Both the position numbers and the translations under genes were made by a program. From contig JAGOTG010000001.1 of NCBI GenBank assembly GCA_018061965.1, forward strand, positions 16,155-80,154: a DNA stretch of 64,000 bases, in the 5' to 3' direction. Position 1 is the stretch's first letter. Every line of letters starts with the position of its first letter. This DNA comes from Legionellaceae bacterium. GTDB lineage: Bacteria; Pseudomonadota; Gammaproteobacteria; Legionellales; Legionellaceae. This document shows positions 52,029-64,000 of this stretch, one piece after another. The notes beneath the pieces were generated by a model, which made no database searches, was not told the origin of the DNA, and saw only the letters and a list, made by a program, of their open reading frames with translations.

Positions 52029-52397
52029 TTGATTGGAACCAACCAACAACGTATACGCAAGATTTTGCTGGTCGACCTGGCTTCTTTATTTCTGCTAGTT
52101 TGTATCGCTGCTTGCTATGCAGGGATGATAGGCGTAAAATCAGCCTACTTGGCAGGGATAACCTATTTTGTTCCGAATGCACTTCGTACGTATCGCATAT
52201 TTCGCCACCAAGGCGCGCAGGCAGCGCGTTTGATTCTGAAAGGATTTTATCAGGGTGAGATGCTGAAGTTTGGGTTGTCGATAGTGTTGTTTACAATGGT
52301 TTTTGCTGGATGTACCGTTAACCCGATGATTTTTTTTGGTACCTATCTCGGGATGCAGATACTGGCATGGGTAATGCCGGTGTTCAACAAAATATAG
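52029..52397 (+). CDS. atpI: ATP synthase protein I
   Basis: The track ORF is 51972..52397. Homology (E. coli MSVSLVSRNVARKLLLVQL versus here (M)IGTNQQRIRKILLVDL) favours the TTG at 52029, as does the promoter at 51972-52000. A GGGGA lies about 8 nt upstream. The start is uncertain. Confidence 0.65.
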   Translation: MIGTNQQRIRKILLVDLASLFLLVCIAACYAGMIGVKSAYLAGITYFVPNALRTYRIFRHQGAQAARLILKGFYQGEMLKFGLSIVLFTMVFAGCTVNPMIFFGTYLGMQILAWVMPVFNKI

Positions 52398-52412
52398 AAT
52401 AACTTACTTTAA

Positions 52413-53252
<840 letters not shown>

Positions 53253-53284
53253 GGTTTAATATTTTATTTTAGTTAAGGGGATAA

Positions 53285-53557
<273 letters not shown>

Positions 53558-53613
53558 TAAAGAATTCGTGAAGCAAGTGCTGCAATTATTTTGAATTACC
53601 CGGAGAATTTGTC

Positions 53614-54084
53614 TTGGACATTAATGCAACTTTGATTATACAAATGTTGGTTTTTGCATGTTTTGTATGGTTCACCATGACATTTGTCTGGCCGCCATTG
53701 CAAAAAGCGCTTGCAGCGCGACAGGCTAAAATTGCCGAAGGTTTGGCTGCTGCAGAGCGTGGGCAGAGAGAATTAGAGTTATCGCATCACCGAGCTCTTG
53801 ATGAATTGAAAGAAGCGAAGCATCAGGCGAATGAGATCATTGAAAAAGCGTCCTTTCGCGCAACTCAGATCATCGAAGAAGCAAAAGAGCAAGCCAAAAT
53901 CCAAACCGACCATGCAGCCAAGGTTGCTGCTGAGCATTTGGTGCAAGAAGTGAACCGTGCTCGGGCCTCGCTGCATAAAGAAATCGGTAAATTGGCGGTT
54001 GCTGGTGCAGAAAAGATCCTAAAAAACGAAATTGATGCTGCTCGCAACCATTTATTGATTGATGATTTGATCGCAGAGATTTGA
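53614..54084 (+). CDS. atpF: F0F1 ATP synthase subunit b
   Basis: This 156-aa protein has a TTG start with a GGAG SD. (M)[28 protein letters not shown] compares with E. coli [29 protein letters not shown]. Confidence 0.93.
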   Translation: MDINATLIIQMLVFACFVWFTMTFVWPPLQKALAARQAKIAEGLAAAERGQRELELSHHRALDELKEAKHQANEIIEKASFRATQIIEEAKEQAKIQTDHAAKVAAEHLVQEVNRARASLHKEIGKLAVAGAEKILKNEIDAARNHLLIDDLIAEI

Positions 54085-54635
54085 TGATGACTGATATGAC
54101 CCCCATAGCAAGGCCCTATGCAAAAGCCGCTTTTGAGTTCGCTTTAGAACATAAAGATATTGTGCTATGGGCTAATCTTCTCGAGTGTTTGACTCAAATT
54201 ATCTCTGATCCTTTGAGTGTTGCATTCATTACCGACCCAGCAACCACACCAACGCAACATTGTGAATTATTGGGCGCGGTGTTACAGCGCTTTAAATTGG
54301 CGAAGAGTAGTGCGCATTTTCATAATTTTATTGAGTTGCTGGCGCATAACAAGCGTTTGTTGGCTGTGCCAAGTATATTTCAACAGTTTCAGAATTTGCG
54401 GGCGGAATACGAAAAAACGTTGACCGTCGATGTGGTGAGTTTTTCAGATTTATCAAATGAACAAATTAAACAGTTGACGACGCGTTTGAGTCAACGTTTG
54501 GAACGCGATATTACGCTTAACATTACAATTGACCCCACCCTACTGGGCGGTGCAATTATTCGTGCAGGGAATTTGGTTTTTGATGGCTCCGTGCGAACTC
54601 AGATAAAAAACTTAAGCAACACATTGGCTGCATAG
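54081..54635 (+). CDS. atpH: F0F1 ATP synthase subunit delta
   Basis: This 184-aa protein contains [16 protein letters not shown], comparable to E. coli [16 protein letters not shown]. Confidence 0.9.
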   Translation: MMMTDMTPIARPYAKAAFEFALEHKDIVLWANLLECLTQIISDPLSVAFITDPATTPTQHCELLGAVLQRFKLAKSSAHFHNFIELLAHNKRLLAVPSIFQQFQNLRAEYEKTLTVDVVSFSDLSNEQIKQLTTRLSQRLERDITLNITIDPTLLGGAIIRAGNLVFDGSVRTQIKNLSNTLAA

Positions 54636-54652
54636 TATAGAGAGGAATATTC

Positions 54653-56203
54653 ATGGTACAAGGCACTTTGAGTTCATCAGAAATTTCTGAAGAAATTAAG
54701 AATCAAATTACAAAATTCCAGATTGCTGCGACATCGCAAGACGAAGGCACTATCACCAGCAACAAAGATGGTATTGTTCGTTTGCATGGTTTGAGCGGCG
54801 TCATGCAAGGTGAAATGGTCGAGTTTGATGGCGGTGTTTCTGGGCTGGCTCTTAATTTGGAGCGTGACTCCGTTGGGGTTGTTATTTTAGGCGATGCCAG
54901 CACTTTGTACGAAGGCATGGTCGGTCGCTGCACAGGCAGAATTCTAGAAGTACCCGTTGGTCCCGCATTGTTGGGACGCGTCGTCGATCCCCTAGGTAAT
55001 CCGATTGATGGCAAAGGCCCGATTAAAACAGATTCCTTCTTGCCGATTGAGCGTATTGCACCTGGTGTAATTGAACGTAAATCAGTAGATGAGCCCGTGC
55101 AAACCGGCTTGAAAGCGATTGATGCGATGGTTCCGATTGGTCGTGGCCAACGTGAATTGATTATTGGAGATCGCCAAACAGGTAAAACAGCGATTGCGAT
55201 TGATGCCATCATTAACCAAAAGACTACCGGTGTGGTGTGTATTTATGTTGCGATAGGTCAAAAAGCCTCTTCGGTTGCATCCATTGTGCGCAAATTAGAA
55301 GAACATGATGCGCTCGCACATACTATTGTTGTGGTTGCAGGCGCTGCCGATTCTGCGGCTTTGCAGTTCATTGCGCCTTATTCAGGTTGCTCGATGGGCG
55401 AGTATTTCATGGAGCGTGGTGAAAATGCGCTGATTGTCTATGATGATTTGACCAAACAAGCATGGGCCTACCGACAAATTTCATTGTTGCTACGTCGGCC
55501 ACCAGGCCGCGAAGCTTATCCTGGTGATATTTTCTATTTGCACTCACGGTTGCTAGAACGCGCAGCTCGAATTAATGCTGAAGAAGTCGAAAGACTCACT
55601 GGTGGCGAAGTGAAAGGAAAAACTGGGTCACTTACTGCATTACCCATTATTGAAACGCAAGCCGGCGACGTGTCTGCATTTGTACCCACGAACGTTATTT
55701 CGATTACCGATGGTCAGATTTTCTTGGATAATAATTTGTTTAATTCTGGCGTACGCCCAGCGATCAATTCTGGTTTGTCAGTATCGCGAGTAGGTGGTGC
55801 TGCACAAACTAAAATTATGAAAAAATTGGGCGGTGGTACTCGCTTGGCTTTGGCGCAATTCAGAGAATTAGAGGCATTTTCTCAATTTGCTTCTGATTTG
55901 GATGATGCGACACGTAAGCAATTAGAACGCGGACAACGTATTACAGAATTGATGAAACAAAAACAATATGATCCGTTGTCTGTTTCTGAGATGGGCTTGT
56001 CATTGTATGCCGTTGAGAAAGGCTTTTTGGACGATGTTCCGGTTGCAGAGGTCACCGCATTTGAAGCTGCATTACGGGGTTTCATGCACAGTTTACATGC
56101 CCCACTCATGGCGCAAATTAATGCAGCGGGTGGTTATGATGATGATATCGATGCAAAATTGAAAGCAGCATTGGTTGAATTCAAGCAAACTGGCAGCTGG
56201 TAG
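54653..56203 (+). CDS. atpA: F0F1 ATP synthase subunit alpha
   Basis: This 516-aa protein has the Walker A motif GDRQTGKTA and the typical alpha-subunit sequence throughout. Confidence 0.98.
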   Translation: MVQGTLSSSEISEEIKNQITKFQIAATSQDEGTITSNKDGIVRLHGLSGVMQGEMVEFDGGVSGLALNLERDSVGVVILGDASTLYEGMVGRCTGRILEVPVGPALLGRVVDPLGNPIDGKGPIKTDSFLPIERIAPGVIERKSVDEPVQTGLKAIDAMVPIGRGQRELIIGDRQTGKTAIAIDAIINQKTTGVVCIYVAIGQKASSVASIVRKLEEHDALAHTIVVVAGAADSAALQFIAPYSGCSMGEYFMERGENALIVYDDLTKQAWAYRQISLLLRRPPGREAYPGDIFYLHSRLLERAARINAEEVERLTGGEVKGKTGSLTALPIIETQAGDVSAFVPTNVISITDGQIFLDNNLFNSGVRPAINSGLSVSRVGGAAQTKIMKKLGGGTRLALAQFRELEAFSQFASDLDDATRKQLERGQRITELMKQKQYDPLSVSEMGLSLYAVEKGFLDDVPVAEVTAFEAALRGFMHSLHAPLMAQINAAGGYDDDIDAKLKAALVEFKQTGSW

Positions 56204-56214
56204 AAGAGGCGATT

Positions 56215-58499
<2,285 letters not shown>

Positions 58500-58513
58500 G
58501 GCAGGCTGAAGAA

Positions 58514-58936
58514 ATGGCAATTACCACACAATTAGATATCGTCAGTGCAGAAAAAGAAATATTTTCTGGTTTGGTTGAAATGGTGGTTGCCAGCGCCGAG
58601 TTGGGTGAAATTGGTATTATCCCTGGACATGCCCCATTGCTAACTTTGCTCCGACCAGGTGAAGTCCGCGTAACGCTGCCTGGTGGTGCCAAAGAATTGT
58701 ATTATGTTTCGGGTGGTATGCTGGAAGTACAGCCGCACCACGTGACGGTATTGGCTGATGCAGTAGAGCGTGCAGATGATATTAATGAAGCGGCGGCTTT
58801 AGCAGCCAAAGCACGTGCGGAAGAAGCGATTGCTAATAAAAGTTCAACCATAGATTATTCAGTCGCATCTGCTGAATTAACCAGAGCCTTGGCTCAAATT
58901 CGTTTATTACAAAAAGTCCGAAAAAATTTGCGTTAA
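58514..58936 (+). CDS. atpC: F0F1 ATP synthase subunit epsilon
   Basis: MAITTQLDIVSAEKEIFSG compares with E. coli MAMTYHLDVVSAEQQMFSG. On this basis I prefer the ATG at 58514 over the track start at 58496. Confidence 0.92.
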   Translation: MAITTQLDIVSAEKEIFSGLVEMVVASAELGEIGIIPGHAPLLTLLRPGEVRVTLPGGAKELYYVSGGMLEVQPHHVTVLADAVERADDINEAAALAAKARAEEAIANKSSTIDYSVASAELTRALAQIRLLQKVRKNLR

Positions 58937-59031
58937 GGACACGATAAGTCACATCTTCTCATATTAAATTTGCGTGCTAGAAACTCTGTGCTATCCTGAT
59001 TATAGAGCAACTACTCTGTTAAGGAATCATT

Positions 59032-59319
59032 GTGACTGGCCCAATGCCACCTGCCGGCGGGGGAATCCCGAATCCAGAAGAGATAGGAAAACAGATTGAT
59101 AAGTTACCTCCTGGCTCCGAAACCATGGCCCAACTTTTACAGAATCCTGTAGTAGCTGGATTGGCTAGCGTTGTGCTTACTGCTGTTACCGGGACACCAA
59201 TTTCTCCCCAACAAGTTATGATGGGAGCTCAAATTGGGGAGAAGGCAATTAAGATGAGAAGAGAGCAAAAGGAAGAAAACCAAGATGGCGTTTCAAATGG
59301 ACCGCGCCCTGGAAATTAA
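59032..59319 (+). CDS. Hypothetical small Pro/Gly-rich protein
   Basis: This 95-aa ORF has a GTG start with an AAGGA SD 6 nt upstream and one central hydrophobic segment. There is no homology evidence, and it is convergent with aguA. Confidence 0.4.
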   Translation: MTGPMPPAGGGIPNPEEIGKQIDKLPPGSETMAQLLQNPVVAGLASVVLTAVTGTPISPQQVMMGAQIGEKAIKMRREQKEENQDGVSNGPRPGN

Positions 59320-59329
59320 TACTTTTGTT

Positions 59330-60361
59330 TTACGCCAGGCCTGAGTTGGATGGTTGCTGCTGAGTAATGCAATGAATGCCTCCGCCGCCTGCAAATACAT
59401 CGAGAGCATCAATTTGAGTAATAATCCGTTCTGGAAAATGTTGTTCAAATAGCGCTTTGGCAGCCGCATCATATTGCGGGTGGCCAAATGCAGGCATGAC
59501 GATACCGCCATTAGCGGCATAAAAATTAATATAAGACAATGTTAACCGTTCTTGGTTCAGATACGTTGCCGGAGGTTGTTCGATTGGAATGACGTCCAGC
59601 AGGCGCCCTTTGGCATCGCGACTCTGCTGTAATAGGCTGAAATTTGCCTGCAATCTTGGATAGTTGATATCTGTAGGGTCGTTTGTAATCAGACAAAACA
59701 CACGACCGGGAGCAATAAAACAGGCAATTTCATCAACATGACCGTCAGTTTCATCTCCTACCAATCCTTGGTTTAACCAAATAATGGTTTGAATATTTAG
59801 ATAGTTTTGCAAATAGTGGGTAATCTTAGCTTCTGTTAATTGTGGATTGCGATTGGGATTTAACAGACATTCGCGCGTAGTGAGCAGCGTACCCTCGCCA
59901 TCTACATGAAAAGATCCGCCTTCCATGACGAGGGGGGCTTGAAAGGCGCGTGCGCCCGTTATGCGTAGTACTGCCCCTGCAATTTGATTATCCAAATCAC
60001 ATGGCTCGTAATTACCGCCCCAAGCATTATGAATCCAATCAATGCCTGCCAATTGTTGTTCAGCATTCAATAAAAAACTAGGACCTGTATCGCGTAACCA
60101 AGAGTCATTCAAGGGGAGCGTTATCTGGCGAATGGTGGGTCCGCATAATGCCTGCGCTGAAGCTTCGTCTCCAGGATTGACCAGCATGGTTACCGGTTCG
60201 AACATTTGAATGGCGTGCGCAACGCGTGCATACGCCTCGCGCGCACGTTGTAGCCCAATGGTATGCCATGTAGCCCTGTGACAGGGCCAGGCCATCCAGC
60301 ACCCGCTATGTGGGTGCCATTCTGCAGGCATTGAAAAACCAGCTTCTTTAGGTGTTTGCAT
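59330..60361 (-). CDS. aguA: Agmatine deiminase
   Basis: This 343-aa protein contains [18 protein letters not shown] and the C-terminal catalytic Cys motif [13 protein letters not shown]. Confidence 0.93.
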   Translation of the reverse strand: MQTPKEAGFSMPAEWHPHSGCWMAWPCHRATWHTIGLQRAREAYARVAHAIQMFEPVTMLVNPGDEASAQALCGPTIRQITLPLNDSWLRDTGPSFLLNAEQQLAGIDWIHNAWGGNYEPCDLDNQIAGAVLRITGARAFQAPLVMEGGSFHVDGEGTLLTTRECLLNPNRNPQLTEAKITHYLQNYLNIQTIIWLNQGLVGDETDGHVDEIACFIAPGRVFCLITNDPTDINYPRLQANFSLLQQSRDAKGRLLDVIPIEQPPATYLNQERLTLSYINFYAANGGIVMPAFGHPQYDAAAKALFEQHFPERIITQIDALDVFAGGGGIHCITQQQPSNSGLA

Positions 60362-62242
60362 TTATACTCGCAAGTAGGTGGATTGAGAAAAAATACTAGA
60401 AAGTTCCATCAAATACAATTGAATCGTGTCGTCCGGTAAATCGGTTCGCTTCAATTGCTGCTTGTAGGATAACAATAACGTTTTGCAATCGAAATGTGCC
60501 GCTGATAGAACATTTGATACCGTATCGCCGTCGCACATATCATACAAAGAAAACTGGCCATTTCCCTGTAAGGTAACCGCCACAGAATTTGTATCTCCAA
60601 ATAAATTATGTAAATTACCTAAAATTTCCTGATAAGCGCCCACCAAAAAAAATCCTAGCATATAAGGCGCGCTTTTATCAAACTCAGGCAGGAGGAGTGT
60701 TGAACTTACACTCCCTCCCCCTACATAATGATTCAAAGTACCGTCTGAATCGCAGGTTAAATCAGCTAAAATACTATGCATCAATGGACGGTTTAACAGT
60801 TGTGAAATAGGTACTACTGGAAAAACTTGGCTCAACGCCCAAGCATCAGGCAAAGATTGAAAAAATGAAAGATTACAAAACACTTTTGCTGCTAATCTTT
60901 CTGAAAGCTGCTCAGATAAAGCCTGATCAACAGGATGAGTCATGTCCAAGCTGTTTTGTATGTCCAAACAGATTTTTTTGAATAAGCATTCCACCGTTGC
61001 TTTGTCTTGCAAAGAAATGTCGCCGTGCAAAAAGTTGTTTTGTGCAGTGATTAATAATTGGGAGCTGGAGGCATAGACTTCAGATGGCATGCAAGTCGGC
61101 AAGGATTGATAATTTTGCCACATTTCTAAAACCACCGGAACCGATGGATCCTGAATGAATGGGGCTAGTATTTCTTCACAGCCATGCTCAACGCCAGTAA
61201 TATTGGTGATCAGGACCGCGTGATGTGCAGTTAAAGCACGCCCTGACTCCGTGATAATATTAGGTTCTGGCAGCTGAGCGCTCGCACAAGCTCGTTGAAT
61301 ATTGGACATGATACTCGATGCATATTCATATAAACTATAATTCATAGAGCAACCCGTCGCGGATTGTGTCCCTTCGTAATCCACACTGAGACCTCCTCCG
61401 ACATCCAGGGTGTGAATAGGTACAGCAAGCTGATGTAACGCGATATAATACTGCGAAATTTCTTGCATACAATCACCAATGTCTTGAATATTGGCAATTT
61501 CAGAGCCCATATGACAGTGCATCATTTGCAGACAATTCAGCATGCCGCTGTGAGTCATTCGTGAGACTAGCAATAGAACTTGGGCTGCAGACAATCCAAA
61601 TTTAGATTTTTCTCCTCCAGTGTCTTCCCAAAGTCCTGCGCCCTTAGAAACCAACCGAATGCGAACACCAATTTGAGGACGTATTCCTAGGCGGTTGGAT
61701 TCTTGCTCAATAATGTCCCATTCAGCAATTTTTTCAATGACGATAAAGACAGTATGCCCCATTTTTTGGGCAATTAGAGCTGCGCGAATATAGGTACTAT
61801 CTTTATATCCATTACATATGATGACGGATTTTGTTTGGCTTAGCATGCCAATGACGGCCAACAATTCTGGCTTAGAGCCTGCTTCGAGTCCTAGCGCGTG
61901 GGTTTGTGTATTTAATAGTTCTTTGACGACGGCCCATTCTTGATTTACTTTGATGGGGTATACCAATTGATATTGGCCTCGGTAAGCTAATGTTTGCCGA
62001 GCTTGGTCAAACGCAGAATAAATTTTTGTAACTCGGTCATGTAATATGTCATTAAAGCGGATTAATAAAGGGAGGGAAAGTCCAGAGAGTTCGGCTTCTT
62101 GCACAATGGCTAATAAGGTCACGCTGGTATCGTCAGGGTATTTACGTACGATGATTTCGCCTTGGTCATTCATTGCGAAATAGCCATCTCCCCAATGTTT
62201 GATATGGTAATATTGGTCTAACGAGGGTGTATGGAATGTCAT
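60362..62242 (-). CDS. speA: Biosynthetic arginine decarboxylase
   Basis: This 626-aa protein contains YHIKHWGDGYF, the PLP-lysine region YPIKVNQ and HCHMGSEI, which are typical SpeA features. Confidence 0.95.
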   Translation of the reverse strand: MTFHTPSLDQYYHIKHWGDGYFAMNDQGEIIVRKYPDDTSVTLLAIVQEAELSGLSLPLLIRFNDILHDRVTKIYSAFDQARQTLAYRGQYQLVYPIKVNQEWAVVKELLNTQTHALGLEAGSKPELLAVIGMLSQTKSVIICNGYKDSTYIRAALIAQKMGHTVFIVIEKIAEWDIIEQESNRLGIRPQIGVRIRLVSKGAGLWEDTGGEKSKFGLSAAQVLLLVSRMTHSGMLNCLQMMHCHMGSEIANIQDIGDCMQEISQYYIALHQLAVPIHTLDVGGGLSVDYEGTQSATGCSMNYSLYEYASSIMSNIQRACASAQLPEPNIITESGRALTAHHAVLITNITGVEHGCEEILAPFIQDPSVPVVLEMWQNYQSLPTCMPSEVYASSSQLLITAQNNFLHGDISLQDKATVECLFKKICLDIQNSLDMTHPVDQALSEQLSERLAAKVFCNLSFFQSLPDAWALSQVFPVVPISQLLNRPLMHSILADLTCDSDGTLNHYVGGGSVSSTLLLPEFDKSAPYMLGFFLVGAYQEILGNLHNLFGDTNSVAVTLQGNGQFSLYDMCDGDTVSNVLSAAHFDCKTLLLSYKQQLKRTDLPDDTIQLYLMELSSIFSQSTYLRV

Positions 62243-63099
62243 GATTCACCTTCCTGTATAGCGCTAAGTAGTGCTCGATATGTTTGGGGTTGACGTTGTT
62301 GAGCAAATGGGAATAATCTGCCCCACAGCGCGCGTTGTTCAAGCTCTATTGTGGTTACTAAAACCGCAGGCTCATGCCGCGGTGCTTGTGCTAAGACTTG
62401 ACCTAAAGGTGAGGAAATAAAACTACTCCCATAGAATTGTAGACCATCTTCCTTTCCTACGCGATTGACCGCAACCATAAAACAATTGGCCATAATACCC
62501 TGAGCAATCATGACAGTTTGCCACATCGGTTGAGTATCCAAATCCGGTGCAGTGGGTTCATCCCCAATTGCGGTGGGGTAGATCAAAATATCGGCATTTT
62601 TTAACCCATAAATGCGGGATAGCTCTGGAAACCATTGATCATAACAGGTAGGCAGCCCCACGTGACACCCCGCAAGATTGTGAATAGGGTAATCAGAGTC
62701 TCCCACCTTGAAATAGTGATCTTCGTGATATTTTTCGCCACTCGGGATATGTTGTTTGCGAGTAGCTGCGACTAGCTGACCCTGTGGATCAAATGCTACG
62801 GCGGTGTTATATCCAGCACTATCGCATAATGAGGCGGTGATAGTAGTTTGAGTGCTTTGTGCCATATGACCAACAAATTTTGCAGTAGGCCCATGTTCCA
62901 GATCTTCCATATAAGGTTTCGGATCGACATCTGGTTGAGTACAAAAATAAGGGGACAAGGTCAATTCTTGCAAACAAATTAAGCTGGCACCTTGTTGCGC
63001 AGCCGATCTAATGCCTATGGCAAGATTATCTTGATGGATCGAGGGGTTGTCCACCCACCGTTCTTGCACCAAGCCAATAGTTAAATTTTTCTTAACCAC
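62239..63099 (-). CDS. aguB: N-carbamoylputrescine amidase (nitrilase superfamily)
   Basis: This 286-aa protein has the CN-hydrolase Glu-Lys-Cys landmarks (CLQELTLSPYF, KQHIP, GLPTCYDQWFPE). It overlaps the speA start by 4 nt. Confidence 0.92.
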   Translation of the reverse strand: MVKKNLTIGLVQERWVDNPSIHQDNLAIGIRSAAQQGASLICLQELTLSPYFCTQPDVDPKPYMEDLEHGPTAKFVGHMAQSTQTTITASLCDSAGYNTAVAFDPQGQLVAATRKQHIPSGEKYHEDHYFKVGDSDYPIHNLAGCHVGLPTCYDQWFPELSRIYGLKNADILIYPTAIGDEPTAPDLDTQPMWQTVMIAQGIMANCFMVAVNRVGKEDGLQFYGSSFISSPLGQVLAQAPRHEPAVLVTTIELEQRALWGRLFPFAQQRQPQTYRALLSAIQEGES

Positions 63100-63138
63100 G
63101 TTATGCTCCTAATTGTTGGTAAAAATATAAAAAGAGCC

Positions 63139-63248
63139 GGACTTACGCAAAACTCCGATCTCTTCGTTGGATCTAGTATTTAATTCGGTCATTCTCTTAT
63201 CTAAATTCACCTTGAAATCGGGGGTTTGCATGAGACTTGAAGAATCTA
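63139..63248 (+). mobile_element. MITE-like palindromic repeat element, copy 3 (right end degenerate)
   Basis: In the left half, 52 of 54 nt are identical to copy 2 (ggacttacgcaaaactccgatctcttcgttggatctagtatttaattcggtcat). The right inverted repeat has decayed (tcgggggtttgcatgagactt versus tcggagttttgcgtaagtcct). It lies between the pgk stop and the aguB start. Confidence 0.65.
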
Positions 63249-63434
63249 AATTGTTTATAACCAATCTAATACTCGGTTTGAATCTATCCGAGACGTCGTG
63301 ATGAAGTGGAGGCAAAGGACGAGCTCAGTTGAGTAAAAAGGTGGTAAAACAGGCGCCGGATTAGAGCAAAAGAGTTTCCAGCACCCTCGAATTTAAAGGC
63401 AGATAAAAAGTAAAAAAGTGCTGGTTTTTGATCT

Positions 63435-64000
63435 TTAAACACAAATCGCGTTTTTGGCCCTTTCTTCTAAAATTGCGACAGCAGGTAATGGCTTGCCTTC
63501 CAAATACTGTAAGAATGCACCACCGCCAGTGGAAATATAATCCATTTGGTCAGTCAAATCGTATTTGTCAATGGCGGCTAATGTGTCGCCACCGCCGGTT
63601 ATACTGAAAGCATCAGAGTTTGCAATGGCAATGGCTACGGCGCGCGTTCCATATCCAAATTGTGGAAATTCGAATACGCCTAATGGACCGTTCCAAATGA
63701 TGGTTTTACCTGTCTCAATGAGCGCAATGTAACGGGCTACCGTTTCTGGTCCAATATCCATAATCATGTCGTCTGTCGCGACATGAGAGAGGGTTTTGTT
63801 ATAGGCTGGGCAAGTATCTTGAAAATGTTTACCCACGACGACGTCAGTTGGCAGCACGATTTCACAGCCTGTCGTTTTAGCCAATTGTAAAATGGCTTGC
63901 GATTCTTCTATTAAATTCGGTTCATACAAAGAAATGCCAATTTCTTTGCCACTGGCTTTCAAGAAAGTATTCGCAATGCCGCCGCCAGGGATCAAAACAT
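63435..64000 (-). CDS. pgk: Phosphoglycerate kinase. Only the C-terminal part is visible because the gene continues past the right window edge.
   Basis: The sequence ...[19 protein letters not shown]...[16 protein letters not shown]...[21 protein letters not shown] matches the typical Pgk C-terminal domain. The frame is open to position 64000. Confidence 0.93.
   Translation of the reverse strand, partial: VLIPGGGIANTFLKASGKEIGISLYEPNLIEESQAILQLAKTTGCEIVLPTDVVVGKHFQDTCPAYNKTLSHVATDDMIMDIGPETVARYIALIETGKTIIWNGPLGVFEFPQFGYGTRAVAIAIANSDAFSITGGGDTLAAIDKYDLTDQMDYISTGGGAFLQYLEGKPLPAVAILEERAKNAICV

Noticed and set aside
54703-55212. 169-aa minus-strand ORF inside atpA
   Set aside because: It is an antisense shadow ORF within the conserved ATP synthase alpha gene.
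63109-63315. 68-aa minus-strand ORF between aguB and pgk
   Set aside because: It is built largely from MITE copy 3 and is therefore a by-product of the repeat sequence. It has no SD and no recognisable protein features.

Overview
This is a 64-kb chromosomal window from a moderately AT-rich gammaproteobacterium. About two thirds is housekeeping backbone. On the minus strand this includes tRNA-Val, thrS-infC-rpmI-rplT-pheS-pheT-ihfA, rep, manC, rnr-rlmB, glmU, aguB-speA-aguA and pgk. On the plus strand it includes hslO, typA-nadK-recN, gyrB, an isolated hfq, metG, rnfB-like-nth-crcB-DUF190 and the full atpIBEFHAGDC operon. Between these blocks lie accessory genes with no family I can name. There are two very large (about 900-960 aa) multi-pass membrane/coiled-coil proteins. 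There is a YopT-like (C58) cysteine-protease plus ankyrin-like repeat protein. Several other orphans have acidic C-termini. This pattern fits an intracellular, effector-rich organism of the Legionellales type; that is an inference, not something demonstrated here. The most system-like unit is a translationally coupled three-gene operon at 34751-37859. It encodes a retropepsin-like protease (DTGA motif), an inactive-transglutaminase/7TM protein and a RimK-like ATP-grasp ligase. To my knowledge this operon is only a comparative-genomics prediction. Three other points stand out. (1) A signal-peptide-bearing repeat adhesin gene (complement <1..1771) is missing from the ORF track because it runs off the window edge. 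(2) A 108-123 bp MITE-like palindromic element with about 20-nt terminal inverted repeats occurs three times, and two copies bracket glmU. (3) There are three long intergenic hairpins and a GC-rich 310-bp spacer upstream of hslO. I saw no rRNA, CRISPR array, transposase or integrase gene. All calls come from reading the sequence and the ORF translations. No database search was possible, so family names are recognition-based.
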